From Bacteroidota bacterium (GTDB taxonomy: Bacteria; Bacteroidota; Bacteroidia; Bacteroidales; GCA-2748055): DNA of 64,000 bases. The notes under the pieces were generated by a model, which worked only from the letters and a program-made list of their open reading frames with translations, did not search any database and had not been told where the DNA came from. The position numbers were made by a program, and so were the translations under genes. Shown piece after piece: positions 17,438 through 28,291 of this stretch. The stretch lies in contig JBMOLL010000072.1 of assembly GCA_049325415.1 (NCBI GenBank), positions 4,689 to 68,688 on the forward strand, read 5' to 3'. Within the stretch, counting starts at the first letter, position 1. Each line of letters opens with the position of its first letter.

Positions 17438-18304
17438 TTAAAACAAGCCCTGAAGATAGGCTTTGATCTCCTCCATCTGCCATTGAGGTGTTGACGTTGC
17501 TCCGCTGATCCCGACTGAACGGCAGTCGCGAAACCAGGCAGGATCGATCTCCTCTGTTCCGTTGATCCAGTAGGAACGCTCATTGTACTGTTTGCAGTAC
17601 CCGAACAACATTTTCCCGTTCGACGAGGCTTTTCCGCTGGCAAAAAGAATGACATCGTGGGTCTCAGCAAAAAGTTTCAGCCCGGGCTTTCTTCTTTTCA
17701 CATGACTGCAAACGGTGCAGTTCGACTGGATAGGGTCGCCGCCGGCAAAAACGGTCCGCTCACGGATTGCCTGTTCAATCTCGTTATAGGCTTCGGGATC
17801 CATGGTGGTCTGTGAAAAAAGATAGGTGTACTTTGCCGGATCAACCCGCTCCAGGTCCTTCAAACTGTTCACCAGGATCGCGCTTCCGTTGGTCTGACCC
17901 AAAAGACCGATACTTTCCGGGTGCCCCTCCTTGCCAAAAATCACGATCTGTTCCCTGGTCCCGTCCATCTCTTCATAGCGCTTCCTGATCCTTTCCTGCA
18001 GTTTCCTGACTATCGGACAGGTGGCATCCACCACGCGGATATTTAGCGCTGCCGCCTCGGAATAGGTGGAAGGAGGTTCGCCATGGGCGCGGAAAAGCAC
18101 CGTCTTACCCTGAATATTGGCCAGTTCATTGCTGGAGGTCTCCTTCAGTCCCAGTTTTTCCAGCCTTTTCACTTCTGCTTCATTGTGTACCATCTGCCCA
18201 ACAGCCCAGACCTCTTCCCCCGAACTGATGAGCTCTTCAGCCTGCCTGATCGCTGCAGTAACACCAAAGCAGAATCCGGAAGTCGGGTCAATATCTATAA
18301 TCAT
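17438..18304 (-). CDS. ispH: 4-hydroxy-3-methylbut-2-enyl diphosphate reductase
   Basis: GFCFGV, VHN, RAHG, DATCP, GHPE, SQTT, SSN, GATSTP; ATG 18304 overlaps the cmk stop (ATGA). Confidence 0.95.
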   Translation of the reverse strand: MIIDIDPTSGFCFGVTAAIRQAEELISSGEEVWAVGQMVHNEAEVKRLEKLGLKETSSNELANIQGKTVLFRAHGEPPSTYSEAAALNIRVVDATCPIVRKLQERIRKRYEEMDGTREQIVIFGKEGHPESIGLLGQTNGSAILVNSLKDLERVDPAKYTYLFSQTTMDPEAYNEIEQAIRERTVFAGGDPIQSNCTVCSHVKRRKPGLKLFAETHDVILFASGKASSNGKMLFGYCKQYNERSYWINGTEEIDPAWFRDCRSVGISGATSTPQWQMEEIKAYLQGLF

Positions 18305-19005
18305 AGGCCTGAAAGCGTTTTCTGATACAGGGCCCTGAACCACTCCATCTGTTGCATGGGATTCATATCACTGTTATCCAGCACGATGGCATCATCAGCT
18401 TTACGGAGCGGACTGGCTTCACGCGACTGGTCAATCTCATCCCGCTGCAGGATATTCTGCCGTACGATCTCAAAATCGGTATAGCTTCCTTTTTCCGTGA
18501 GTTCAAGGTAACGGCGCATGGCCCTTACCTCCGGTGATGCAGTCATAAAGATCTTGATCTCCGCAGCGGGAAAAACCACGGTGCCAATATCCCGTCCATC
18601 CATCACTATCCCCTTTTCCTTTCCCATCTTCCGCTGCAGGTCGACCATGCGTTCCCTCACCTGCCTTACCGAACTCACCAGGCTCACATAGCCTGAAACC
18701 TCCATGGAACGGATCTGTTCCTCCACCACTTTCCCGTCGAGGCAGGTTTCGCTGACCTTTTTCTCCGGGTTGTAGCAGAAACTGATATCGATGGTATGGG
18801 TCACCTCTATGATCTTTTCCATCGAAGGATTCTCGTTAACATTGAAGATCCCGGCCTCCAGGCAGGCCAGGGTGGCTGCCCGGTACATGGCTCCGCTGTC
18901 GACATACCTGTATTTGAGTTCTGCCGCGATGGCCCTGGCAAAAGTGCTTTTTCCACACGAAGAGTACCCGTCGATCGTAATGATCAGCTTTGGCTTATCT
19001 GCCAT
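18301..19005 (-). CDS. cmk: Cytidylate kinase
   Basis: IDGYSSCGKST, DSGAMYRA, MDGRDIGTVVFP, SPL..ADDA; TACCTTTG box at 19024-19031. Confidence 0.97.
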   Translation of the reverse strand: MADKPKLIITIDGYSSCGKSTFARAIAAELKYRYVDSGAMYRAATLACLEAGIFNVNENPSMEKIIEVTHTIDISFCYNPEKKVSETCLDGKVVEEQIRSMEVSGYVSLVSSVRQVRERMVDLQRKMGKEKGIVMDGRDIGTVVFPAAEIKIFMTASPEVRAMRRYLELTEKGSYTDFEIVRQNILQRDEIDQSREASPLRKADDAIVLDNSDMNPMQQMEWFRALYQKTLSGL

Positions 19006-19045
19006 AGTTTTTCAGTCAAAATACAAAGGTAATCTTTTTGCCCTT

Positions 19046-20089
19046 TCACAGTCCTTTGCGGAACTCGGAAAGGTTGGTGGTAATGGAAAAGTGATTGGTA
19101 CCGCCGGCAAGATGATAGGTGGCATGACCAAAGGCTACGTGAAACTTCGAAACCCGGAACCCGAAACCCCATGAGAAACCGACCATCCCGTAACGGGCAT
19201 CAGCCTTCAGTTCCTGCCTGCGACGGTAATTATAACCCAGGTCGACATGGAAGTTCTTCCCGGCAAGAAACTCGGCACCAAAAATAAAATGGCGCATCAG
19301 CTGGTCCCCGATGATATCAAATTTGCTTCTTTCGACAGGCTGGCCATCCAGGGAGATATTGCTTGAGCTCTCTTCCGGATAGGTCAGATCCCATTTCTGC
19401 AACTGCTGCAGGGTGACTGAAAAACGGAAGGGAGCATGCTCAAGTCTCTGAGAAAAACCCGCCTGGATCTCAAAGGGCACTTTCTCCCTCACACCGTCAT
19501 AGGTCGTCAGCTGCATCCCAAGGTTTTTGATCACAATGGCCGCTGTGGTAAGGGTATGGGGATTATAGTACACTGCTCCTATATCCATGGTGATTCCCAG
19601 AGACGTGTATTGTTCAAAAACGGAAAATACCGGTTTGACATTCACTCCTACAGTCAGAAAGGTGTCGATGATGGCCCGGGATCCAATGAGGTTCAGTGCG
19701 TATTCGGAAGCTCTGAAGGACCCCTGGTAATAGCCGAATTCGTCGTAACGGGTGAATCTCCCGTAATCGACATAATGCATCCCGGCGGCAAAGTTTCCTA
19801 TCCCCTCTTTTTTAAAGGCATAGGAGGCATAACCGTAATTGATCCCTGCATAATAATCCACATAATTCAGGTTAAGGTTCTGATCCATGGATTCGTTGAG
19901 CAGGGCGGGATTATGAAAAACAAAATTCAGATCATTATCCTGGATGGCGATCACTGTTCCCCCCAGCGCGGCTACCCTGGCCGAGTTGGTCAGTTTGAGA
20001 AAATTGTAGGTAGTGCTGCCCGCGGTCTGTGCATGCAGGATTTCTCCGGGCAGAAGCAGGATAAGTGCTATGAAAAGTCGTTTAGCCAT
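19046..20089 (-). CDS. porQ: Type IX secretion system beta-barrel protein PorQ
   Basis: Signal peptide ..LHA|Q; YNFL..SARVAALGG, NPALL, GYNYRRRQEL, GFSWGFG; upstream of cmk as is usual in Bacteroidota. Confidence 0.8.
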   Translation of the reverse strand: MAKRLFIALILLLPGEILHAQTAGSTTYNFLKLTNSARVAALGGTVIAIQDNDLNFVFHNPALLNESMDQNLNLNYVDYYAGINYGYASYAFKKEGIGNFAAGMHYVDYGRFTRYDEFGYYQGSFRASEYALNLIGSRAIIDTFLTVGVNVKPVFSVFEQYTSLGITMDIGAVYYNPHTLTTAAIVIKNLGMQLTTYDGVREKVPFEIQAGFSQRLEHAPFRFSVTLQQLQKWDLTYPEESSSNISLDGQPVERSKFDIIGDQLMRHFIFGAEFLAGKNFHVDLGYNYRRRQELKADARYGMVGFSWGFGFRVSKFHVAFGHATYHLAGGTNHFSITTNLSEFRKGL

Positions 20090-20204
20090 AGGGTCAGCAT
20101 CGTTTCCGGTTCAGCGCTTTAAAGTTTTCGGGTACCGGATGCTATTTAAACGGCTAAATTAATCAATATAGTACAGGGAGATCAAAATTGACCGTAAAAA
20201 GCTG

Positions 20205-21260
20205 TCAGGAAAGCGCTGCAATGATAAGCTCACCGGCTCTGCCGGCCCATTCCCTGAAAGTGTCGTTCGGCATTGTTACTGTCAGGCCGGCCAGGGCTGG
20301 GTCAGGTGTTTCGGACCGGAGCCCGATTCCGGCACGTTCAAGATCAGCCGCATTGCAATGTTGTTCAAAATGGTTTTGCACCGGTACGGCAAGAACAGGG
20401 ATACCCAGGTATCCGGCTTCTGCAACGGATTCAAAACCCGAAGTGGTGATCAGACAACGGCAACGGGCAAGCCGCTCCAGGAAAAGCTCCCTGTCGAGGG
20501 GATAAACCCTGATACCCGGGGGCGTCTTCCCGGGAATCCCCTCCCTTATAAAAACATCGGCTTCATACCCGGGCAGATTTGCTGCAGCTTCAGCAAACAC
20601 TGCGGCCATACCTGGGTAAAGAAAATAAGCCAGGTCGCGGGTACCGGCTTCTCTCACCGTCCGGTAAATTTCTTCGGTCAGCAGGGGGGGGACTACCCGG
20701 ATCCTGCCAGAAGGAGCAGCCGGGCGGAAAGAAAGTGCAAGAACAAGATCGGAGGATCTCATCACCAGCTTATTGTGCCGGGCAAGCAGACGGCGCTGCA
20801 TTGGAAAGCCGGGGGCCAGAATGGCATCGGGATGACTGTAATAAAAATGGTGGGCCACCGAGATCCTCCGGATGGAAACGGGCAGACGCCTCATGGCCAG
20901 TGCACCATTGAGTTCGTAAAAATTGATAACCGTATCCGGCTTCAGGCTGAGGATCCTTTTGCGCAAGCGGCAAATTTCCGAAAGGTAAAGCGGGGCCAGC
21001 AGGATATTCCGGATGAAGGTCTCCAGCAGCCTGATCCCGGTTTTCCCGCTGTTTAAAATAAATCCCGGCGCGCGGTAATGATGAAGCCGTTCTCCAAATG
21101 TTTCCGTAAAATAGGAAGGAAGAGCAGCCTGCTGCATATGGCCTGCAAAGACTGCGATCAGCTCGCCTCCGTGCTTTTCCAACAAATCTTTCATGGCAAG
21201 GGCCTGGGTAAGATGGCCCCGGCCCTCTCCCTGTACAATAAAGAGGTAGCGTTTCATCAC
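20205..21260 (-). CDS. Glycosyltransferase (MJ1255/VC2487-like, GT-B fold)
   Basis: VQGEGRGHLTQA, TTSGFESVAEAGYLG, HFEQHCNA. Confidence 0.8.
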   Translation of the reverse strand: MMKRYLFIVQGEGRGHLTQALAMKDLLEKHGGELIAVFAGHMQQAALPSYFTETFGERLHHYRAPGFILNSGKTGIRLLETFIRNILLAPLYLSEICRLRKRILSLKPDTVINFYELNGALAMRRLPVSIRRISVAHHFYYSHPDAILAPGFPMQRRLLARHNKLVMRSSDLVLALSFRPAAPSGRIRVVPPLLTEEIYRTVREAGTRDLAYFLYPGMAAVFAEAAANLPGYEADVFIREGIPGKTPPGIRVYPLDRELFLERLARCRCLITTSGFESVAEAGYLGIPVLAVPVQNHFEQHCNAADLERAGIGLRSETPDPALAGLTVTMPNDTFREWAGRAGELIIAALS

Positions 21261-21296
21261 CGGAAAGATACGATACGCAACTGAACGGTCAAAATT

Positions 21297-21797
21297 TCAC
21301 TTTTGCTTTCTCAGAACAGCCAGCACGTCAAACACTACAGGACAGGTAAAACTGTTCCTGTAAGTAAGGTCAAGGATCTGAACCATCTTCCGGCGGTCGG
21401 TGTGAGGATACTCCCTGCAGGCTTTGGGCCTGGCCTCATAAACGGAGCAGTAATTATCGGGCAGCAGGAAAGGACAGGGAGTCTCCCTGAAGACGTAATC
21501 ACCATCAGCATCCAGCTCCAGGTATTTTTCGGTCAGGGCGGAAGGTTTCATCTTCAGGAAACGGGCAAGGCGCTCTACATCCCGGTCGTGGATGGCAGGA
21601 CTGAGTGTTTTGCAGCAATTGGCACAGGACAGGCAATCGAAGGCCGACATTAGCTCATCGTGAACATCATGAAAGCGTTCATCCAGGTCTTTTGGAGGTC
21701 TCCTTTTCAGCCGGCTGATGAAGTCGCGGTTTGCCTCCGAAGCATCCGTGGCCTTTTTTTGAACGTTCAGATGATTGGTGGCCTCCTGTTGTTCCAT
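21297..21797 (-). CDS. YkgJ family cysteine-cluster protein
   Basis: CLSCANCC, CPFL..NYCSVYEARPKACREYP. Confidence 0.85.
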   Translation of the reverse strand: MEQQEATNHLNVQKKATDASEANRDFISRLKRRPPKDLDERFHDVHDELMSAFDCLSCANCCKTLSPAIHDRDVERLARFLKMKPSALTEKYLELDADGDYVFRETPCPFLLPDNYCSVYEARPKACREYPHTDRRKMVQILDLTYRNSFTCPVVFDVLAVLRKQK

Positions 21798-22702
21798 AGT
21801 CTGAATCCGTTGCTTTTTTTCATCAGGGCCTCTCCCTGGGTCATGAACAGTCCGGCCAGGACCAGCACGATACCGGCGATTTTCAGCAGCGGCATGGTTT
21901 CATCCAGCAGGAAGAAGGACAGGATGGCCACAAAAACCGGAATAAGGTTGGTGAAGATATTGGATTTGGTTGCGCCGATCTCCCTGATCCCAACCGTAAA
22001 GAGGATAAAGGCAAGGGATGATCCGAAAACGCCCAGAAACACCAGCGACCAGATACTGATGGCTGAAGCTTCCCTTAGTTGCAGCTGGGGAAGATCGATG
22101 ATCAGGAACAGGGGCAGGAACAGCAACATCCCGATCAGACTCTGCCAGGCAGTAATGGTAATGGGATTATAGCTGCCGGTCAGCTTTTTTACCGTCATCG
22201 TGTATCCAACTGCCGAAAGTACGGCGAACAACATCAGCAGGATCCCTTTCAGACTGGCACCCTGAGAATCCCCGGTATTAAACACGACCATAATAACCCC
22301 CATAAAGGAAAGCAGTAGTCCTGCCATATTGAGCAGTGTCACTTTCTCTCGGTAAAAGAAATAGGCTGCAACAGGAATAAACAGGGGGATGGTGGAGATG
22401 ATGACCGAGGCCAACGTGGAGGAAACAAGGGTAAGTCCGAAGCTCTCCCCCAGAAAATAGAGAAAAGGCTCAAAGAATGCAAGCAGGATCAGCCACTTAT
22501 AATCTTCCCTGCGGATAGGCTGGAGGCGTCTCATGATCCGCGCGAAGCTGAAGAGAAAGATAATGGCAACGATCAGACGAAAGAAAATAATACTGATCGG
22601 GCGGAATGACTCATTCGCAAATTTGAATACCACAAAGGTAAAGCCCCAGAAGAGCATAGCCATAATAAGGCTGACGTAAACGCTACCCAGCGATTTTTTC
22701 AT
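21767..22702 (-). CDS. DMT/EamA family transporter
   Basis: About 10 TM segments, FWGFTF, duplicated EamA pattern, NLIPVF. Confidence 0.88.
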   Translation of the reverse strand: MKKSLGSVYVSLIMAMLFWGFTFVVFKFANESFRPISIIFFRLIVAIIFLFSFARIMRRLQPIRREDYKWLILLAFFEPFLYFLGESFGLTLVSSTLASVIISTIPLFIPVAAYFFYREKVTLLNMAGLLLSFMGVIMVVFNTGDSQGASLKGILLMLFAVLSAVGYTMTVKKLTGSYNPITITAWQSLIGMLLFLPLFLIIDLPQLQLREASAISIWSLVFLGVFGSSLAFILFTVGIREIGATKSNIFTNLIPVFVAILSFFLLDETMPLLKIAGIVLVLAGLFMTQGEALMKKSNGFRLWNNRRPPII

Positions 22703-22751
22703 TCCGGATTTTTATCGTTCAATCTGCAGTGATAATGGAGGGCGGGCCGGA

Positions 22752-23969
22752 TCAGGCAACCTTCAGTCGTTTGATATTGACCTTCTCCAGTTTTTCCCTG
22801 GCGTATTTTATTCCGATCGTGATTTCCTTTGTTTCGTCACTGGAAGGAAGCTCATACATGGCATCAATCATAATGGCCTCACAGATGGAACGCAGCCCGC
22901 GTGCCCCCAGTTTGAACTCAATGGCCTTTTCAACGATGTAATCAAGTACCTTGGGGTCGTAGGACAACCTGATGCCGTCCATTTCGAACAGCTTCTGATA
23001 CTGCTTGGTAATGGCATTTTTGGGTTCAGTCAGGATCCTCCTCAGGGCACTCTGATCGAGCGGATCGAGATAGGTCAGCACAGGAAGCCTGCCGATGATT
23101 TCAGGTATCAGTCCGTACGCCTTCAGATCCATGGGGGCTACATACTGCAGAAGGTTTTCCTTATCGACTTTTTCTTTCTCCCTGCTGGCATTATACCCTA
23201 CTACTTTCGTATTCAGTCGCTGGGCGATCTTCCTTTCGATCCCGTCGAAAGCACCACCGCAGATAAACAGAATGTTTTTGGTATCAACCGGTATCATTTT
23301 CTGATCGGGATGCTTGCGTCCACCCTGTGGCGGCACGTTAACCACCGAACCTTCAAGGAGTTTCAGCAAGCCCTGCTGCACACCTTCACCCGATACGTCC
23401 CTGGTGATGGAAGGATTGTCGCTTTTCCTGGCGATCTTATCTATCTCATCGATAAAAACGATCCCCTTCTCCGCAGCTTCGACATTATAATCGGCGACCT
23501 GCAGGAGGCGGGTCAGGATGCTCTCGATATCCTCGCCCACATAGCCGGCTTCGGTGAGAACGGTGGCATCAACAATTGTGAAAGGCACATGCAGTAGTTT
23601 GGCAATGGTACGTGCCAGGAGGGTCTTCCCGGTGCCGGTCTCCCCAACGAGGATGATGTTCGATTTCTCGATCTCAACATCTTCTTTGCTTTCAGGCTGC
23701 ATGAGCCTTTTGTAATGATTATAGACCGCGACGGCCAGGTATTTCTTGGCTTCATCCTGACCGATCACGTACTGATCGAGGAAGTTCCGGATCTCAGCGG
23801 GTTTGAGCAGTTTGATCTGTCCGAGGTCAAATTCCCCGTGAACACCCAGTTCTTCCTGAACGATACTGTATGCCTGCTCGATACAGCGGTCGCAGATATG
23901 CCCGGAAATTCCGGCAATCAGGAGATTGGTGTCCTTTTTTTCTCTACCACAGAAGGAGCAGCGGTCCAT
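22752..23969 (-). CDS. clpX: Clp protease ATP-binding subunit ClpX
   Basis: CSFC..CDRC Zn finger, [31 protein letters not shown]. Confidence 0.98.
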   Translation of the reverse strand: MDRCSFCGREKKDTNLLIAGISGHICDRCIEQAYSIVQEELGVHGEFDLGQIKLLKPAEIRNFLDQYVIGQDEAKKYLAVAVYNHYKRLMQPESKEDVEIEKSNIILVGETGTGKTLLARTIAKLLHVPFTIVDATVLTEAGYVGEDIESILTRLLQVADYNVEAAEKGIVFIDEIDKIARKSDNPSITRDVSGEGVQQGLLKLLEGSVVNVPPQGGRKHPDQKMIPVDTKNILFICGGAFDGIERKIAQRLNTKVVGYNASREKEKVDKENLLQYVAPMDLKAYGLIPEIIGRLPVLTYLDPLDQSALRRILTEPKNAITKQYQKLFEMDGIRLSYDPKVLDYIVEKAIEFKLGARGLRSICEAIMIDAMYELPSSDETKEITIGIKYAREKLEKVNIKRLKVA

Positions 23970-23971
23970 TT

Positions 23972-24664
23972 TTATTTGCTTTTTTTGGTTTTAAGATCCC
24001 GGAAAAGAACCTCATCGATCATGCCGTATTCTTTGGCTTCCTCGGCAGTCAGCCAGTAGTCACGATCCCCGTCCTTTTCTACCTTTTCATAGGGATTACC
24101 CGAATGATTGGCGATAATGGTGTAAAGTTCCTTCTTCATTTTGATGATCTCCCTGGTGGTGATCTCAATGTCGGAAGCCTGGCCCTGTGCACCACCCATG
24201 GGCTGATGGATCATCACCCGGGAATGCCTGAGCGCGGAACGTTTTCCGGGTGCACCGGCACAGAGAAGCACAGCACCCATGGAAGCGGCCATGCCAGTGC
24301 AGATCGTGGCCACATCGCAGGAGATATACTGCATGGTATCGTAAATGCCGAGGCCCGAATGCACATTTCCTCCCGGCGTATTGAAATACAACTGGATGTC
24401 CTTCCCGGGATCGGTCGAATCGAGGAAGAGCAGCTGTGCCTGAATGATATTGGCCACATAATCATCGATCGGTGCCCCGAGGAAAATGATCCGGTCCATC
24501 ATCAGCCTCGAAAATACATCCATAGAGGCTACATTGAGCTGACGTTCCTCGATAATGGTCGGTGAAATGTAATTATCGTAAACGGAGGTATAACTATCCA
24601 GTGTGATACTGCTTATACCTTTATGCTTGATCGCATATTTCCTGAACTCATCTTTCTGGTTCAT
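23972..24664 (-). CDS. clpP: Clp protease proteolytic subunit
   Basis: [30 protein letters not shown]. Confidence 0.98.
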   Translation of the reverse strand: MNQKDEFRKYAIKHKGISSITLDSYTSVYDNYISPTIIEERQLNVASMDVFSRLMMDRIIFLGAPIDDYVANIIQAQLLFLDSTDPGKDIQLYFNTPGGNVHSGLGIYDTMQYISCDVATICTGMAASMGAVLLCAGAPGKRSALRHSRVMIHQPMGGAQGQASDIEITTREIIKMKKELYTIIANHSGNPYEKVEKDGDRDYWLTAEEAKEYGMIDEVLFRDLKTKKSK

Positions 24665-24679
24665 GGCTTTGGTTTTAAG

Positions 24680-26035
24680 TTATTTTGATTCAAAAAGCTT
24701 GCGGAATTTCTCCGTAGTCACTTCTTTATCGTCAATCTTGGCTGTTTTCCTGATAAAATCAAGAACTTTTTCTTCCATCCGGCGGTCGTAGATCCTTCTT
24801 GCTTCTTCGGGTTTTGCCAGCATGTCCTTGGCAAAATGCTCCAGGTATTCTTCGGGAATGTTTGAGATCCCGTACTGCCTGTATTGCGCAAGTGCCATGG
24901 CCTTCCCGGTTTCAAGAGCTTCCTCTTCGCTCACTTTCAGGTCCTGCTGCTGCATCAGGTGATCCTTGATGAGCTGCCAGCGGAAATCATCCTCAAAACC
25001 GCTGAATTCGGCTTCGATCTGCTCCCGGGTCAGCTTTTCGTTGGTTTCGAGCAGCCACCTTTTAAGAAATTCCACCGGTAGCTCCAATCCTGCTTTTTTA
25101 ATCATGGCCTCACGGGCATCAATCAGGAAACGGTATTCGCTCTCCTGCTGGTAGCTCCGAGATATTTCTTCGGAGAGACGCTGATCAAATTCTTCCGCAC
25201 TTTTTACCTCTCCTTCTCCATAAACCTTGTCGAAGAGCTCCTGGTTCACTTCAGCCTTCTCAAATTTCTTGATTTCGGCGATTTTCATAATAAATGTTTC
25301 CCCGACAGAGGCCAGTTCCTCTTTTTTCACCTTCAGCAGCGATGACAGTTCGGAATCGCTGGGATAGGCTGCTTTTACATCGAACAGCACTTCATCACCA
25401 GCTTTCTTTCCCTTAAATAAAGCCTTTTGCTTGTCATCCTTCATCATATCGAGCGACATCGACACTTCATGCGACTTGATCCCGTCTTCCACAATTACAC
25501 CGCCTTTATCTGCCTGGAAAAGGTCACCTTTGATCAGTTCATCTACACCGGCTTTCTCCACCGTGATGAAATCACCAAACCTCCGCATGACAGAGTCGCG
25601 GTACTCATCAAGTTCCTTTTTCTCGACCTTGATGGTGTAATAGGGAACCTTGTCCTTTGAAGTGATATCCAATTTGATTTCAGGGGCCAGTCCAAGGTCA
25701 AAAGCAAACTCGAACTCACGGTCATTATCAAAGTCAATTGCTTTCTGATCTTCCTTGTGAGCCAGGGGCTCACCCAGGATCTTCACCTCCCCTTCGCGGA
25801 GAAATTTATACAGTGCATCGGATACTACTTTATTCACCTCGTCGACAAGAACGGGCTTATAATACATTTTCCTGATCAGGCCCATGGGGACCATACCGGG
25901 TCTGAACCCATCCACGCGAGCCTTCTTCTTATAATCCTTCAATACATTTTCAACAGCACCCTCGTAATCGGCTGGTTCAACCTTCATTCTCAGGACTGCA
26001 TTCAGATTGTCGATGTTCTCTCTAGTTATATTCAT
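24680..26035 (-). CDS. tig: Trigger factor
   Basis: GFRPGMVP signature; tig-clpP-clpX order; ATG start MNITREN. Confidence 0.95.
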   Translation of the reverse strand: MNITRENIDNLNAVLRMKVEPADYEGAVENVLKDYKKKARVDGFRPGMVPMGLIRKMYYKPVLVDEVNKVVSDALYKFLREGEVKILGEPLAHKEDQKAIDFDNDREFEFAFDLGLAPEIKLDITSKDKVPYYTIKVEKKELDEYRDSVMRRFGDFITVEKAGVDELIKGDLFQADKGGVIVEDGIKSHEVSMSLDMMKDDKQKALFKGKKAGDEVLFDVKAAYPSDSELSSLLKVKKEELASVGETFIMKIAEIKKFEKAEVNQELFDKVYGEGEVKSAEEFDQRLSEEISRSYQQESEYRFLIDAREAMIKKAGLELPVEFLKRWLLETNEKLTREQIEAEFSGFEDDFRWQLIKDHLMQQQDLKVSEEEALETGKAMALAQYRQYGISNIPEEYLEHFAKDMLAKPEEARRIYDRRMEEKVLDFIRKTAKIDDKEVTTEKFRKLFESK

Positions 26036-26127
26036 TTTCAAACAAATAAAATTACCAAAAATTATTAAAAACCGCCAACGCCTCGCACATTCGCTGTGAA
26101 AGCCCGGCGGTTCCCATCAATTTTGTG

Positions 26128-26209
26128 TGCGGATAAAGGGACTCGAACCCCCACTCCTTACGGAACCAGATCCTAAGTCTGGCGCGTCTACCAATTCCGC
26201 CATATCCGC
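26128..26209 (-). tRNA. tRNA-Leu (TAG)
   Basis: GCGGATATGGCGGAATTGGTAGACGCGCCAGACTTAGGATCTGGTTCCGTAAGGAGTGGGGGTTCGAGTCCCTTTATCCGCA; long variable arm; TAAATTTG box at 26225-26232. Confidence 0.97.
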
Positions 26210-26339
26210 TCAAAAAAGGTCCGGCAAATTTATTGAAATTTTCCCAATTAATAAAAGAAATGCTTTCATTATTAACATCCTTTAATGTGTTAAAAATGAA
26301 GGTTTTATAAGTGATGGGGTGAAAGGAGCGGGTTCGCTG

Positions 26340-27074
26340 CTATCTCCGGAGTTCGAAATTCTTGCCCAGATAGACTTTCCTTACCTGTTCATCTTCGGCA
26401 AGCTGAGTGGCTGTTCCTGATTTTAAAATAGTTCCCTCATACAGCAGGTAGGCCCGGTCGGTGATGGAGAGGGTCTCGTGTACGTTATGATCGGTGATAA
26501 GGATGCCGATATTCTTGTTGCGGAGGCTTGAAACAATTTCCTGGATATCTTCCACGGCTATGGGGTCAACCCCTGCAAAAGGTTCATCGAGCAGGATGAA
26601 TTTTGGGCTGAGAGCGAGTGCCCTTGCAATCTCTGTTCTGCGCCTTTCTCCCCCCGAAAGCTGTATACCATAGCTTTTACGGATCCTTCGCAGGCCAAAT
26701 TCATCGAGCAGCGATTCCAGCCGGTCCTTCTGCTCTGCGGGAGTAAAATGCGACAGTTCGAGTACGGCGCGTATATTATCCTCAACGCTCAGTTTCCTGA
26801 AAACCGAAGCTTCCTGGGCCAGGTAGCCGATGCCCATTCTTGCCCGTTTATAGACCGGTTCACGGGTGATCTCGGTATCATCAAGGAAGATCGATCCCTC
26901 GTTGGGGGTGATCAGGCCGACGATCATGTAAAAGGAAGTGGTTTTGCCGGCACCGTTGGGGCCCAGCAAACCGACTATCTCGCCCTGTTCAACCGAAATG
27001 GAGACATGGTCGACCACTGTCCGGGTCCGGTAGCGTTTTACTAAACCGGAGGTATGTAATTTCATGTTTGCCAT
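26340..27074 (-). CDS. lptB: LPS export ABC transporter ATP-binding protein
   Basis: [44 protein letters not shown]. Confidence 0.95.
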   Translation of the reverse strand: MANMKLHTSGLVKRYRTRTVVDHVSISVEQGEIVGLLGPNGAGKTTSFYMIVGLITPNEGSIFLDDTEITREPVYKRARMGIGYLAQEASVFRKLSVEDNIRAVLELSHFTPAEQKDRLESLLDEFGLRRIRKSYGIQLSGGERRRTEIARALALSPKFILLDEPFAGVDPIAVEDIQEIVSSLRNKNIGILITDHNVHETLSITDRAYLLYEGTILKSGTATQLAEDEQVRKVYLGKNFELRR

Positions 27075-27119
27075 ATCAGTCTCTCATCATAAAATGATAA
27101 CGGAGCTAAAGGGATAATA

Positions 27120-27941
27120 TTATGATGCTTCTTCGGTATCCTGTTTTGCCCTGTTCAGCACCCTCCGGCTGATGACAATCCCTACTTCATAGAGAACAAT
27201 CAGCGGAAGCGAAACAAGGATCTGACTGAAAACATCCGGCGGAGTGATAATAGCAGCCACGATAAGGATCAGGACCAGGGCATGTTTTCGGTAGCGCTTG
27301 AGAAAATCCGGCGTGATGAGTCCGATACGGGTCAGGAAATAGGTCAGGATCGGAAGCTCAAAGATCACCCCGGAAGCCAGAACAACGGAGGAAACAGTCT
27401 GCACATACGACCGGAGGGTCGGATTGCTGATGACATCCTTGCTTACCTCATAACTCCCAAGGAAATGAACGGAAAGCGGGGAAATAACATAATAACCGAA
27501 CAGCACGCCAAGGATGAACAGAAAGGAGGTATAAAAAACGGCTCCCCGGGCATTCCTTCGCTCCTTCTCGTAAAGGGCCGGACTGATAAATTTCCAGAAT
27601 TCATAAAAAATATAAGGGAAAGCGAGGATAAGTCCGGCCAGAACCGAAACAGCAATGTGCATATTAAACTGCTCGGCCATCTTGACGGTCTGCAGCTTCA
27701 GGGGTATTGAATTGATACAAAGCTTGGGAATGTCGGTAATGCGGCCCAGTTCGCACAACCATCTGTTCGTGGGAAAATCGGGTGTTTTGGGAGCTAGAAT
27801 GACGCTGTCGAATATAAAGCCTTTAAAGACAAAGGCGACTATGGCCAGGATCACAACCGCTACGGCCGATCTGATCAGATGCCACCTCAGCTCCTCGAGG
27901 TGTTCCAAAAAGGACATTTCCGAATCTTTATGCTTTGCCAT
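27120..27941 (-). CDS. tatC: Twin-arginine translocase subunit TatC
   Basis: MSFLEHLEELRWHL, FISPALY..E, FELP, AAIITPPD; start placed at MAKHKD. Confidence 0.95.
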   Translation of the reverse strand: MAKHKDSEMSFLEHLEELRWHLIRSAVAVVILAIVAFVFKGFIFDSVILAPKTPDFPTNRWLCELGRITDIPKLCINSIPLKLQTVKMAEQFNMHIAVSVLAGLILAFPYIFYEFWKFISPALYEKERRNARGAVFYTSFLFILGVLFGYYVISPLSVHFLGSYEVSKDVISNPTLRSYVQTVSSVVLASGVIFELPILTYFLTRIGLITPDFLKRYRKHALVLILIVAAIITPPDVFSQILVSLPLIVLYEVGIVISRRVLNRAKQDTEEAS

Positions 27942-28291
27942 CCGGCTTTCTGAAAAAAAGTGCTGCAAATTAATAAAAAAAATCTCTCCTGTGTTGAACC
28001 CGGGGGCCATGGAACTGTTTTAATAATGAATGATCAGATCAGCGAACCAATCCGTTTGATGACCAGGATTACACTAACCCGCTTCTGTGAACCGGACCGG
28101 CTGCATCTCCGGAGTTCCGGCCACGGGCCTCTCTCTAAGAAACCACAGGGTTCCCTATCATAATAAAAGACCCGGTCTGGAATGAACCCGGTCTTCGAAT
28201 AGGCATCCCCCGGAAAAAATGTTTTAATTTGACTCTGATTTGAAAAAAGTATATCTTTAATTTCATTATTGACGGCAACGCGAGTTTGGAG

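Noticed and set aside
28034-28260. CCGG-rich tatC-recQ intergenic region with a short ACCCGGTCT direct repeat and weak stems; also the 273-aa minus-strand ORF
   Set aside because: I could not recognise an SRP, riboswitch or other RNA motif and the pairing is weak; the ORF is mostly antisense to recQ. An Rfam scan would settle it.
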